NCBI GenBank assembly: GCA_013265495.1
Contig: MU058844.1
Location: 11,120,184-11,184,183, forward strand
DNA: 64,000 bases
Origin: Vicugna vicugna
Taxonomy: Eukaryota
Direction: 5' to 3'
The notes beneath the pieces are model-generated. The model saw only the letters and a program-made list of their open reading frames with translations. It was not told the DNA's origin and did no database searches. A program made the position numbers and the translations under genes. Shown piece by piece: positions 1 to 13,264 of this stretch; position 1 is the stretch's first letter; each line of letters opens with the position of its first letter.

Positions 1-99
1 TTCAGTTTTTTAAAATATTTATATACAGATTTACTTTAGAAGTTTAGAATTAGACATTCACATTACCTGCTGCAATTCAAAAGAGTCACAGTGTTATAA

Positions 100-590
100 T
101 CAGCTAATGTAAGATATTAAGCAGGACATAGTATGATCAGGTTTGCGTTTGAGAAGATCATTCTGACAGTTGCATGGAGGGTAACACTGGAGCTGGAGAG
201 ACCAGTTACAAGCCTATTTTAAAAGGTAAGGGCTACGGAGGACGAGACATGAATGACAGCAGTGGTGGCCGAGACGAAAACTAAAGGGTAGATTCCAGAG
301 ATGTTTAAACAAAGAGAAAGAAAAAGGAAATAAAAGGCCGTGGAAGTTGACTGCTTGGTTGGGTTACTTTTTGTAATCACTGGAGTTGTGAACATCTTGA
401 GTTTGGTGCGGGCAGGCTTTTGGGCTAACAGGTGTCACTTTGCAGTGAAGAAATTAACAACCTGGAGGCCAATACACAGAGGCTATCTTTGGTTCATTTG
501 CGTAGCCCTCAGTGACTGGTCAGATGTGCAGGATGAGAGAGAGGAAGACTGATGGGTTTCTGGTTTGGAATTCTGGCGAATCATGACAAT
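100..590 (-). mobile_element. L2 LINE fragment, interrupted by an LTR piece
   Basis: Antisense L2-like text (gagaagatcattctgacagttgcatggagg...ggagagaccagttacaagcctatt), resuming at ~531 (gtgactggtcagatgtgcaggatgagagagagg). Confidence 0.7.
340..530 (-). mobile_element. ERV1 LTR 5' fragment, MER110-like
   Basis: Minus strand starts TGAGGGCTACGCAAATGAACCAAAGATAGCCTCTGTGTATTGGCC...AGCCCAAAAGCCTGCCCGCACCAAACTCAAG. It has an LTR-type TG start and resembles the recalled MER110 consensus. Confidence 0.6.
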
Positions 591-734
591 TTTTTTATGT
601 TTACTAGAAAAATTAATGGCATCTAGTAGATGCTTAAGATACATGGATGTAAGGATATACAAATGTCAATAATAGAGTTCAGAAATAAGATTTTAGCAGC
701 TCTGAATAAATGCCTCTGGAACAGTCACTAGTAT

Positions 735-870
735 TACTGAATGATTATCATATATTTAGCACTGCTCTAAAAGCTTTGATGTAGTAACTGATTTAATCCT
801 CAAAACAACTCTGAGAGCAGCACTATTATAACCTCCATTTACCTATAAGAAAGCTGTGAAACAGAGAAGT
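735..870 (-). mobile_element. MIR SINE
   Basis: atttaatcctcaaaacaactctgagag...ctccatttacctataagaaagctgtgaaacagagaagtaaa resembles the antisense MIR core. Confidence 0.75.
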
Positions 871-3800
871 AAACAGCTAATAATGAACGTGGAGAAACAT
901 TTAAGAGCTTAGGATTCAAAACGTAAAAATTTACCATGTCCATAAGCAATGCAGTTAAAGTAATAAAAAAAGGAGACTATTGCAACCAGGAGCAAGATGA
1001 GGCATTTACTGTAGCTGAACACAATTAGCAATATTCTTCATTCAACTATTCCTATAGACATCTACATGCTATATTATGCATCGAGAACAGAGCTATAAAA
1101 AATGTAGTCCTGACACATATACTTACTACTCTTTGGAGAATTTTGAATCTTACAAAAATTGTAAGATGATATAGTCCAAACTTTTCCAATACCTACCATG
1201 TTCTGGCTAATTATAAAAAATGTTTTTAATCACATGCAGCCTTCACTCATCATGCATTCAACACAAATTTACTGAATACCAACCAAGAGTCAGACAATGT
1301 GCTGGATGTTAGGTACACTCTTATGAGTGAGGTACATAAGAAAAACTAAGTTAAGTCAATTTTTAAAGTAACCAGGAATTAGGAAAAAACATCTATCTTT
1401 GTGGGGTTGTTTTTTTTTTTAGATTATATAATTAAGGATCAGAAATGTTGAGAAAATCTCCCAACATCACAGAACTTTGAATTGTTAAGGCTAGATTGTG
1501 AAATCAATGTCACCTGTCTGTAAAAGTCCCTACTCACTCAGTCAACATGTATTGAGAACTTATTAGGTTTCTAACACAAATACAGCAGTGAACAAGGTAA
1601 AGACAGACTTGAGTCCTATCCTCTTGATGCACCATGATCTAAGTCTAGGTCCAAACAACGAAAAACTATCATAAGAATTTAATATAGGACAATGACTAAG
1701 CTTAAAGGACTGAACAAGAAGTGGGAGTTTGGAAAGAAGCTGGAGACTGGAACTGACTGCTATTCAATTCTGCAGTACTCAAAGCTCAACAGTCTTGCTG
1801 TCTCTTGATGGTGCCTCCTATTGAGTGAATCTAACAGGAAACCAAGTGGCCAAAGAGAAATGTGGGTTAGAGTCTCAACTCTGAGCATCACAGAGCAAAG
1901 GCATAGAGTGGGAGGTTCGGAGCTGAGAGACAACAGGTAAATGAGAAACACGTACTATTTCCTATAGGAGAGAGAAAATTAATTGGAAATGTATGAAGAT
2001 TTGGATCTTGGAAAGGTGGCAGAAACCTGGTCCAATTTGCTGCTTCTTGAAATGAGAAAACTGAAGCCCAAACTCACTGAGTGCCTTTTAAAGGGTTATA
2101 TAGTTCAGTATCAGAGCCAGGGTAAGAATCTAATTTTCTTATCCTGAATTACACTGGAATTTCTGCTATTCAGTGCTCTAAGGAAAGTGAACAAATTAAG
2201 GGACACTATTCTCAAAAGACGAAAAGATCATCTATGAAGGATCCAAGAGACGAAAAACTACTATAACGGACAATTCTGATACCCTACCTAGATCAAAACA
2301 AAAGCAATGACCGCCTGACTTTATTTGAGAACAAACTTTTGAGAATTAGGGAACAGACGATAGCATGTCTCTTAGTCTGTGTCTGTCAAATTTCATTTGT
2401 TTCGTCTGAAGTTGAGTTCCACTGAGTTTGAGATTAAACTCCTATCAGGAGAGATGAATGATTTTAGCGAAATTGTACATTTTATGAGTCTACCCATTTG
2501 ATAATTTAGTTCTATCCATTGAGTCTCAGGTATGACATTAGAGGGAGAGCATAGTGCAGAGAATGTTGAAGTAAATAGCCTGCCTCTTTGTTCTTTTATC
2601 TCAAAGGATGCTGTGCTAATTGAACTGGCATGGACACATTATTACTAGTCGGTCCACAGAAAGCTTTTCGATGCCTAACCACAACACAGCAGTATCTCCT
2701 CCTTACTGCAGAGTCAAGCCAAATCAAGGGGCTCTGTGAGTTACCAACTGCTTGAGTAGCCCAGATTTACCTAGTCCCGAAGGTCTGTAAAAAGGTAAGT
2801 TTTACAAAGATGTGTAAGTCTTCCACTGGTTGTTTTCATAGATAAGCTTTGGAATAGACACCTACGCTTCAAGCCCCCTTTAATCCATTCTATGTAAGTT
2901 GGGAGAAAAAAAATCCCACAGTGTATTAAAACACTGCAATACATTGTTGTCTCTCGTGAAGGCTTTTCAAGGATTTACTGACTAACATTGCACTTGCTTT
3001 TGAGCGTTTCTCACAGTGATCCTCTGATGTCAAAGCCTTTTGTTTAGTTTATTCAATAAAAGCTGGCTCTTCTTTTCAATTGTTTAAAATGAGAATGGCA
3101 TTTAATTTTAGCACTTTACTGTCTTGGCATACAGCTGAACTTTGGCCATTTAGAGAATTTTTATCTTCAAAAAGCAAAAGATTTCAGAAATTTAAGTGGT
3201 TGCACCAGCTAATTTCATTGGTAAATTTATACAGTTACAGGCCTGTTAACTTTTTTTTTTTTTTTTAACACGAGCTGTTCTGAAGCAAGAATTAACAGCA
3301 CCAATTTGGGAAGCTGCTCAGTTTCACAAGGTGGACTTTTTCCATGAATACTGATCATTCATATGTGATGTACTAAATATTCACATTAAGCTAGAGAAGA
3401 AATCATCTAATTTTATCTCCATGATAAAAGGATAGATTCGAGATGATGGTTATTATAGAGACTATGCATTAGTGGGTCAGCGCAAACTCTGCATTTGGCT
3501 TTGATTTAATTATTCAATTAAAATCCTTTTTCTTTGAGAAGCAAAATAAAAATCAAGTTTAATGGAACAATCATTTATATAACACACTAGAACGACGCTT
3601 ACTGTATAGTCTCTGGAAGTTTTTTTTAACCTAACAAGAAAACTAACAGCCTTAGAATCAGAAAAAAAATTTATATCATTTTCACCTTGACATTTCAATC
3701 TTTTCTCTCTGGACTTATTCTCTGGCTTCTAATTAAATCTAATGTTTATCACAGAGAGTTGAAATTATTTTCAGTATCATGAGAAATCCCTGAGTTGTCA

Positions 3801-4489
3801 GAGTATTCCAAAGATGAAATAAAGCATTAGCTAGAATGAAGCACCATTAGGTGCTCGGAAATGTGAAGGTAAAGGAGAACTGTGGAAATGAGTAAGGAAA
3901 GAGAGAATATGGGAAATAAAACAACGTAGATAAGTTACTGTAGAAGTTAGAGGAAAGTTACATGCAGGTAAGAATGACGGGAATCCACACAATTTCCTAA
4001 ATAAAGTTATTCAATATCAAATAAACATGTATCCTCTTAGGTGATGTTACTCTAAACTGTTTTTGCAATTAGTGAGTGTTTCTGTTTAAAACCTACTAAA
4101 TAAAGGAATGTTATTTATGTTAGAATTTTTTTTCACTTTGAAACTGAAATATCCTTTTGTTCCTATTTCAAGCCTTTAGTCAGCGTAATTTAAAAAAAAA
4201 TCCTGAGATTACAAAATCTACTTTAAAACTGTTTCCAAAGTCAAAAATTTATAGAAATAAGGATTTTTCTTATGAATGTGAAATAAAATATGAAAAATGA
4301 TTCTGATGCCAAGGCTAACGAATCCTACTAGTGTCCATACCCCTAATTTAAAGATATACTGACATGGTGGTGCCACAGATGTTTTTATGCAAATCTCATA
4401 GTGGCAATACTTTTAAAAATGACTTACTCTTCAGAGCATACACTTTGTAATACTATTATGCAATTTATTAGTTCCATAATTTTGAAAAT

Positions 4490-4610
4490 GTATTTAACCT
4501 TTCTGATAATGTTTCCTCATCTGTAAAATGAGACTAGTGATAATTACTTTTTAGAGGTGCTGTGGGAATCAAGATTATATATTTAAATATATCACATTAA
4601 GTACACAGTA
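4490..4610 (+). mobile_element. MIR SINE fragment
   Basis: MIR core gtttcctcatctgtaaaatgag. Confidence 0.75.
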
Positions 4611-4989
4611 GTTCTTCTGATTGTTGCTACGTCCTACCTACGAGGAAGGCAAAAAGTTCATCAAATATATATTTTTCTTTCAAGGAGCAGGAGAGAAAGG
4701 CAATTTTGGAGACTGGACTATAATCACATTATTACAATGCCATACAACTAGTACATTTTATTAAAGGTGATTTGATAATTAGTACTGTTTGCACAAAGAT
4801 TTTTCTTTTTTAGTGGATTTACACTTTCACTTTGGAGGTCTTTCTGCCAGAATAGATTGTATATAAGCCATCATTTATACCTTCTGAAAGCTGCTAAGTG
4901 TAACTTCACGAATCATGAGAAACTGTCTAGTCTGACAGACATCAATACGACCCAGTAATAACAACACTGACCACCAACACCACAGTGAC

Positions 4990-5210
4990 AGGTAACATTT
5001 ACTGAGCGTAACATGTGCCATGCATTTGTGTAAGTGCTGAACATTAATGATCTCATATGACTTGCACAGCAGCCCTAAGAGGTGCTTAGTATTAGGGTGA
5101 CTGCTTTACAGATAGGGCAGAAAGAAGTTAAATTAGTGGCTTAAGTTCTCACAGCTAGAGAGGGAACAAAAGCAAGGTTTGAATCCAGGTAGTCTCAACT
5201 CCAGATCCTG
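4990..5210 (-). mobile_element. MIR SINE
   Basis: taacatttactgagcg...cacagcagccctaagagg...tttacagat...gaagttaaattagtggcttaagttctcacagctag...tttgaatccaggtagtct. Confidence 0.8.
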
Positions 5211-7369
5211 CCTTGGTGTCCAAGGAATCACCAGGTGGACAGCTGGTCCTCCCCCTCAACTATCCCAGAAAACATCTCCAAACGATACCAAACCAAAAAG
5301 GTCAGGGTAATAAGGACATTGCCCACCTCCTTGGGCTTAGATGTAATGGTTTATTCACATCAACTTTTTCATGTATGTCTTGCAAATTATATATAAAAAA
5401 AACTAGCAAAAATGGTATGTAACATATATTTAACTTCTACCCAACATCCCTTCATGTTTGAAATATTTAACAAGGATAATGACACCAATCAACAGGAGCT
5501 AAAGCAGAATCTTGGAGGTCCCCACTGTTCCTTCATTCATCCTAGATCTTGCTGGAGTCTTGACAGGATGGACAAAATGTGCTGGGGGGAGATACTGAAC
5601 TGGGCTCAAGTTTTTGGCTCTTTTTCTTCCAGTTCAGAAATGTTCATTTATTCTAACATCTGGACCATCTGGCATGACTGAAAATTGTGCATATGGGCTA
5701 AATAGCAGTCTTGCTTTGAACGTGTCATTTAGGCATGAACTATGAGAATAAAAGGCTTACTGTTTATAAAACTGCACAATGAAGAGTAATCAATGACACT
5801 GTTCTATGAACTCAGGTGTTGCTGCTTTTGAAAGATTTGAAAAAACAGAAAGAAGGAAAGTCTGCAATCAAAAAGAATTGCATAGGTAAAGCTGGCCATA
5901 AAGAAAATCTATTTTTTAAAGGCTCCTTGGAGATCACAAAATTGTAATATGTCAATATGTTATAAGAGACATACTTCATCTGAAATCTTTTTTTTTTTTA
6001 ACTATAGCAGCTATTTTACTATGCCTTTCTGAACTGGTAGGAACCCTAAGTAGGCATGTACAGAATCGATTCTTTGTTTATGACCATATACAATCTAAAT
6101 CAAGAAAATTACAGGTGTGCAATACTTATTACTAGTATTATAAACTTCAATATCTACTACAGACTGAGTATTATGTTTCCCTTTTTTCTTAAATAACAGG
6201 CTTCATGGTGAAGGGTTTAAAGATCAATATTGAATTGAAACATAAAGAGACATGGTATAATAACTTAATAAAATACATGATTTTGTCTCTTGACTGATAG
6301 ATGGCGTAGAGGTCTTACAGAAGAGCAAAGAGATCACTGCGTGAATTTTAAGATCTGTAGGATTGTTAAGACATTTAATGTTTCCAAAGTCAAAGAGTAA
6401 AAGACAAATGGAACTAGCATTGTGTTAGCTTAAATATTTTAATAGTGAAGAATGGCTTATTATCTTATGTTAGCAAAAATTTAATTATATCAAAGTTGAT
6501 TTTTATTGAGAGCAAACAATCATAGTATTTTTCACACATAATAGCATAAATCTCAAAAGCCCCTGCAAACTAGACGTTATTAGTCCTAATTTACTGATGG
6601 TTAAACACAGGCTTGGAGGACACGATGCCTTTTTCAAGTTTGTATACGTAATGATGGGAGAACCAGATTTTGAGTTCAGTTTGTCTAATTCCTGAGCCCA
6701 TATTTTTTTCCAACAAGGTATGTTGCTTTCCTTCTAATTTTAAGAGAGATAATTAGAAAAATATTAAAAATTACCAAATTAGCTCAAGGGTAAAAACATG
6801 TGAAGAATTTGCCTTTGTTGATCCTAAGTTGAGAAGGATCAAATAAATTGAAATGATAGTGTTATAACCACACCTTCAATTTCATCTTAAATAGCAAAGT
6901 AATTCCTATTGTTGGTAGATTTGTTTCTTTTTTCTCTCCTCTTCCCCAGACATCTACAGAACAGTTTTTCAGAACTTTTCACCTTAATATACTAATTTTA
7001 AAAACTACAGTCTACACACTAGAGATCTCGAAATAGCTAAGCAATAAAACCATGCTCTGAAGGTGAAGAGACATTGCTAAATCTAGAAGAAATGTAAAAC
7101 ACAGTGATGCCCATGAAATTGCCCTTTTGTGTACACGCTGAGAATTTAAGTTGGGCCTCCATTAGAGTCTCTCTGGATCTTAAAAATATTGAGAGAAGAG
7201 CAGAGCCCTACCATCAGCCCACTCCTTGTTCCTGCGGATTTCAGCAGCATAACTGGATTATAGATTTAGGGGGAAAGAGACTTGCTATGGTAATTTTGCA
7301 AATAGAAGCTAATTACTGTATTCCTAGAGAGAGAAAACAGAAAGTTTATAGGGTGCTATGAAATGTCCG

Positions 7370-7669
7370 ACCAACATTTTTGTGGTGGGCAAATCTGAGT
7401 TCCCCAAGTCTAGGGTTCTTCCTTTGTGATGCAACCCACTGAGTTTGTGAATGTCAACGGGTCCTCTTCATCTCGCCCTGTGGGAACTGAAGCTCAGGGA
7501 ACCGAAGCAGAACTTACCCTTTGTCTGCTGCTACTGCTGTGAGACATAAAGTGTCACTGGTCTTTGATCTAACAATCTTATGCCTTATACCAGAACTCAT
7601 AAAACTGTGGTGGGCTAACTTGTTATCTTGAAGGAGGGTCAGATCTCAGATTTTTCACAATTCTTGACA
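7370..7669 (+). mobile_element. ERV1 LTR 3' part (MER34/MER39-like)
   Basis: Ends aaaactgtggtgggctaacttgttatcttgaaggagggtcagatctcagatttttcacaattcttgaCA, like MER4-group LTR 3' ends. Exact family uncertain. Confidence 0.65.
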
Positions 7670-9172
7670 AATCAACAATTGTTATTAAAAGTTTCCTAGC
7701 AAATATTTTTCCTCAGTGTTGCCTAAGGTTTATTAACATATATTTCATATGGTATCATGACTGGTTGAAGAGCAGGAAATCCTATCACTGCTGCTAAATA
7801 ATTTGTAAACACATCTAGTGAAAATATTAAAGTTGACTAGTCATTAATATACTTTAAAATAGGGCTTTTAAAAGATTAATTTGGATGATCAAAGATAGCC
7901 ATTGAAACATTTGCTTCAATGCACTTTTCATGGGGAAATAATTACCACCATAAAACACTTCACAGAGGGCTTTTTGTTTTGTGGAAGATTTTCCAAACAA
8001 CTTTTCAATATGATGTACGTAGATAACTAGAAAAGACATAAAGATGGGAAAAGTTGTCTAATAAATTAAACTTAATTTCTGAAACTTTCCATGGAAACTT
8101 CCGAGAACTATAAAGTGCTTTAAGAAAGACTTAGCTACATTATGATAAAAGTTCTCAGCTACAGAGTATCACAAATGACTGATAATTCACACTTTTACTG
8201 TAGCCTGCTGCCTGGAAGGAAAAAAAAAAAAAGCCATGAAGTTACTCTCCAATCCCTTGATAATTAGCTCCTGTTGTCAAAGCTTCAGTTACAATTCGAA
8301 AAAAAAAAGTCTTAAATGTCAGGAACCATGCAGTCTGATAAATATGGATGACATTTAAGAAGAAAAGTACATAGAGTCTACAAAAGAAGAAAAGGATAAA
8401 TGTTTTGTGCTGCAATTATTAAAATACCTTGTTATCTCATTCACATTAATTATTTGCTCATCTACATGAATGACACCTTCTGTTTATGATAAAAATGGTG
8501 CAACTCCCTACTTCCCCTTGTTAAATACTGAGAAGCTTACACATAACACCTTAGACATAGGCTACTGAAAAGGAAAATTAGAGCATGTATAGAACTCCTG
8601 TTTATTGTTTGGAGTCATGCAGAGAACTCCCCTGATTATAATCTTTTTTTCTAAATTTATTTTATTTACTAATTGTATCCTTGTGACTACATTAGTGCAT
8701 ATTTATTAATTATTACACTATGTATTTCAGATCTGCCATTTGAGTAAGCGGCCACTTCAGACCAAATCAAAGGCTTACACACAGTTGGGAGGTATGTTGC
8801 TAAATTAAGTGACAAACAGCCGGCAGAGCGCCTATGGAAAACAACTTGGGAGAAACAGCCAGTCGTGAATTTTTAAAATAGCACAGAATTTAACAACTTT
8901 ATTCTCAAAGATATTCACCAACTCTACTTGGCACTCCACTTTGATCTGTGGGTTGACACTACCTTCTCCCTGTATCGATCCTGCTACCACTTCTTAGAAA
9001 GTTATGTAAAACCATCAGTTGAGCAAACTAACTAGAAATAATTCCGTTAGCCATTAAGACACAAAACAGTTTCTCAAGGCTTTAGGTTAACATAATGAAG
9101 GAACGCACAGATTTAATTAAAATAGCCTCACAGCTATGAGCCATAAATTTGGGGGAGGGTGAGATGGTAGAA

Positions 9173-9562
9173 TGTTATGGACTGAATTGTATTCCCCCAA
9201 CCCCCTGCAAAACTCATAGGTTGAAGACCTAACTCTCAATGTGACCATATTTGGAAATAGGACCTTTAAGTAGATCAGGTCATAGTAAATGTGGTAAATG
9301 TGGTCATAAAAGTGGGGCCCTAATCTAACATGACTGGCATCCTAATAAAAAGAGAGGGAGATACAGGGGATGCTCGCAGGCACAGAGGAGAGGCCGCACA
9401 GGGGCAGCAAGGAGGGAACCAGCTGCAAGCCACCGTGAGAGACTGCAGGAGAAACCTTGACCTTGAACTGCTAGACTTCAGGACCGTGAGACAACAATTT
9501 TCTGCTGTTTAAGCCACCCAACCTCTAGTATTTTGTTACGGAAGAACTGGCAAACCAATATA
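9173..9562 (+). mobile_element. MaLR LTR (MLT1A/B-like), solo
   Basis: tgttatggactgaattgt...atatttggaaataggacctttaag...gggccctaatctaacatgactgg...tgtttaagccacccaactctagtattttgttacgg. Confidence 0.9.
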
Positions 9563-10047
9563 CCCCTGCAACTTTCCTCTTGCCACTTTGTAATCCCTTC
9601 CCAGCCCCTCACCCCATTCCTAGTCAACCACAGATTCGCTTAATGTCACTACAGATTGGTTTGCATCTTATAGAATTTTATAAAGTGAAATTATACAGAT
9701 TGGTTTTTGTTGTTGTTGTTGAATCACTTACTTCACTCAATATAATCATGTTTAGATTCATTCATGTCCTAACTTTGGATCAACAGTTTATTCCTTTTTA
9801 TTGTTAAGTACTATTTTATTATATGAATACACTACAGTTTATTCACTCACCTTTTGATAAGTATTTGAGTTGCTTCCAGCTTTTGGTTATTACAAATAAA
9901 GCTGCTGTGAATTTTTGCACACAGTCTTTTTATGGATATGCGCTTTCATTTCTCTTCGGTAAATACCTATAAGATAAATGGCTGGATCGTATGTTACAAG
10001 TATGTTTAATTTTTAAGAAACTGCCAAACTGGATTCCAAAATGGTTG
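9563..10047 (-). mobile_element. Old L1 (L1MB/MC-like) ORF2 end / 3'UTR
   Basis: ttacaaataaagctgctgtgaat...ttcatttctcttcggtaaatacc...aagaaactgccaaactgg resembles the antisense L1 3' region. Confidence 0.85.
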
Positions 10048-11500
10048 AAATTTAAAAAGTGATACCATTTATGACAGTATCAAAAATACAAATGCCTAAG
10101 GATAAATCTCTCAAGACATGAAAGATACGAAAATTTTAAAAGTTGCTGAAAGAAATAAAAGGCCTAAGTAGAGATGTACATTCTATGTGGGTTGAAAGAT
10201 TCAGTAATTTAAGATGCCAGTTCTCATCAAATTGATCTATGAATTTCACATTTTAATCAAAATTGAAAAGGTAATTTTGTAGAGACTGGAAAATTCTAAA
10301 AATTATATAGAAATGCAAAAAGCCTAGAAAAGCAAGTAAGTTTGAAATAATCAGAGAATATTACCTGACCTCTTATAAAGATACAATATAGACACATGAA
10401 AAAATGCTCAGTATCGTTAATTATCAGAGAAATGGAAATCAAAACTACAATGAGCTATCACCTCACACCAGTCAGAATGGCCATCATTGAAAAGTCCACA
10501 AACAATAAATGCTGAAGAGGGTGTGGAGAAAAGGGAATCCTCCTACCCTGTTTGTAGGAATAGTTTGGTGCAGCCATTGTGGAAAACAGTAAGGAGATTC
10601 CTTAAGAAAAACTAAAAATCGACTTGCCATATGATGCAGCAATCTTACTCCTGGGCTTTTGCACTTCAATGCTCACAGCAGCACAGTTTACAATAGCCAA
10701 GACATGGAAGCAACCTCAATGTCCATCAAAAGATGACTGGATACAGAAGTTGTGGTATATATGTTTACAATGGAATACTACTCAGCCATAAAAAGAATGA
10801 AATGATGCCACCTGCAGCAACATCGAGGACCTGAAGACTGTCATACTAAGTAAGCCAGAAAGAGAAAGAAAAATACTGTATTATATCACTTATATGTGGA
10901 CTCTAAAAAAATTACACAAATGAACTTATTTACCAAACAGAAACAGACTCAGACACAAACTTATGGTTACCAAGGAGGAAAGAGGGATTGGTTGCGAATT
11001 TGGGAATTGCAGATACGAACTACTCTATATAAAATAGATAAACAACAAGGTCCTACTGTATAGCACAGGGAACTATATCCAGTATCTTGTAATAGTGTAT
11101 AATGAAAGAGAATGTGTGTGTGTGTGTGTGTATAATTAAATTGCTGTGCTGTACATCAGATATTAACACAACATTGTAAACCAACGATACTTCAATAAAA
11201 AAGATACAATAAACGAGACACTGTGATATTGATGTAAATATAGACCAATACATCAATGGAACAAAATGGAAAGTCAGAAATAGTCCCGCACATATATGGG
11301 CCACTGTTGTCAACAAAGGTACAAAAGCAAGCCAGTGGGGAGAAGACATTTGTTTCAGTAAATCATGTTAAAACAACTGGATAACCATTTGCAAAAGAAT
11401 CCACACCTTACGAAACATAAAAGTCGATTAACTCAGAATAAAGCATAGACCTCAATGTAAAACAAGAAAAAATAGAGGAGAAAAACTGACTTTGGACCAT
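10048..11500 (+). mobile_element. Old L1 ORF2 fragment, split by a younger L1 at 10389-11199
   Basis: ataccatttatgacagtatcaaaa...ctcatcaaattgatctat...tataaagatacaata|aacgagacactgtgatattg...caatggaacaaaatggaaagtcagaaatag. Confidence 0.85.
10389..11199 (+). mobile_element. Younger 5'-truncated cetartiodactyl-type L1 with 12-bp TSD
   Basis: Well-preserved ORF2 end (cacctcacaccagtcagaatggccatcat), 3'UTR (ctgtatagcacagggaactatatccagtatcttgtaat, (TG)n) and AATAAA. AAAGATACAATA occurs at 10377-10388 and 11200-11211. Confidence 0.92.
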
Positions 11501-13264
11501 GCAAATACTTTTCTCTGAAAATTCAATTAAAACTATTGTGGGGCCCATGATATTTCCTGTTACCATGGAGCAAACAATTCAGTGAAGTTGACTTTGTATT
11601 GTCTTAAATATCTCTATAACTAATGGCCCTAAAATTAATTTACATGTTTTATTTCTCTGTTGAGAAATTACTTTGCTTTAATATGCCCCAATATCTTACA
11701 ATGAATTACACAAAAGTAAATATAGAACCTTTTTTTCCCTCACTCTTTATAACTATGTACATCTTTTATCTTAAGGGCCTCATAGCAATCCTGTGGGGAA
11801 AGTGCTATTATTTTCAAAATAAGAAGATTATAGAGCGATTTGTCCAAAGTCACTTAGCTAGGAAAACAAAAGCTGTGATTCAAACCCAATTTCAATGACT
11901 ACTGACCCAGAGCTTCTACCCCATCACTATAGCACGTGATGTTTTTATTTGAACCTGCTACTCTTTGTAACAATAGTCCAATCAGTTGCTATTAGCCACT
12001 GTATTTTTTCCTATAGAAACTGATTTTTTAAAGGGTAGGTAGGCATTTTAGATGCTTGATTTGAATTCACTTTTGCTTGCCTCGAAGAAAATGAAGTATA
12101 TGAAACTTTCACCTGTGCACAAGCTCTGCTGCTGAAGAGTTTGGCTATGTATTCTCAGTTATCTTGTCTGACACTGAGACATAGTGAACTTCATGGAATG
12201 ATCACAAGTATAATGCCCTACTAATTTAGATATATATGTGTGTGTGTGTGTTTACGTTTTTAAAGGTTTAAGAAGTTACCTTTCCATGAAATTATCCTGT
12301 TCCATTTCTCTCCAATGTACAGAAAATATTTTATTAAAATTCACAGCTTTTTTATCAAATAATACAAAAATCAAGAAAAGTAGAAATATTTAAATCTAAT
12401 CACTACTACTTATCCTGTACCCAACTGCATTAGGTCTACAGATGATGATGCAGGAGGGCAAGCTCTTATCTAAAGCAAGATTCTTTCCATAGAATACAGA
12501 ATTCATATGTAAAATGCTTTTTAAAAAAAAAGGGAGGATGTAGTACAGTAATAAAGTAAATAAATGCCAGAGTAATTCATAGATGAGAGAGTTAATATAT
12601 GAGCGCATAGTCTAGGAATTCTTGGTGAAGAAGTAGGATTTGATTCAGCTTTTAAAACAAATAGTAACTTTTAGGACTGGTATATGAAGGCAGAGCTACC
12701 AACATCGATTTTTAATATTAATAAATTACTATATCCATTTTAACTGACTCATCTGTTGGCAACAAGTTGCATGTCAATTCAAATAAAGATGGTAAGAAGG
12801 CTGCAGAAACAAGCAGGAATAACGTGATTATAACTTGTCAAGTAGTAAACACTACCAGCATATTCTTGTTATTGTGGTTATACAAACAAAAACAATTCTT
12901 TAAAATCCATGTCGGAAAGCAAAAAACAAGGCACTCCATCAATTCTTTCTTTATAACTCTCTAGGCTCTCATCTCCTCCTGACTCGCTTATCGCAATAGC
13001 CAGCTCAATGGCTTTCGAGTTGGTAAGATCTCCTGGCTCCCAATCCATTCTATGCATAGCCACTATGTTAATCTCCCCCAAACATCCAATTTTTGATGTC
13101 AATCTTTTGATCAAATGACCTAAGACAGAAATTTTAGAAAATATTACTATAGTTTGGGCAACATTACAAGTTCTTTCTCAAAAAATTTTGCAGTTGAATA
13201 CATTTAGAAAACACTGTTTATAAAGCTACACATTTGTGTGGAACTTAAGACTTTAATGTGCTAA

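Noticed and set aside
271..2260. Recurring GAGACGAAAA(A)CTA motif at ~271 and ~2247
   Set aside because: Only two near-exact copies, one inside an L2; compatible with chance.
2771..2784. 14-nt minus-strand microexon (tttttacAG|ACCTTCGGGACTAG|GTAAAT)
   Set aside because: Not a multiple of 3, modest donor, and it overlaps the plus-strand donor signal; likely coincidence.
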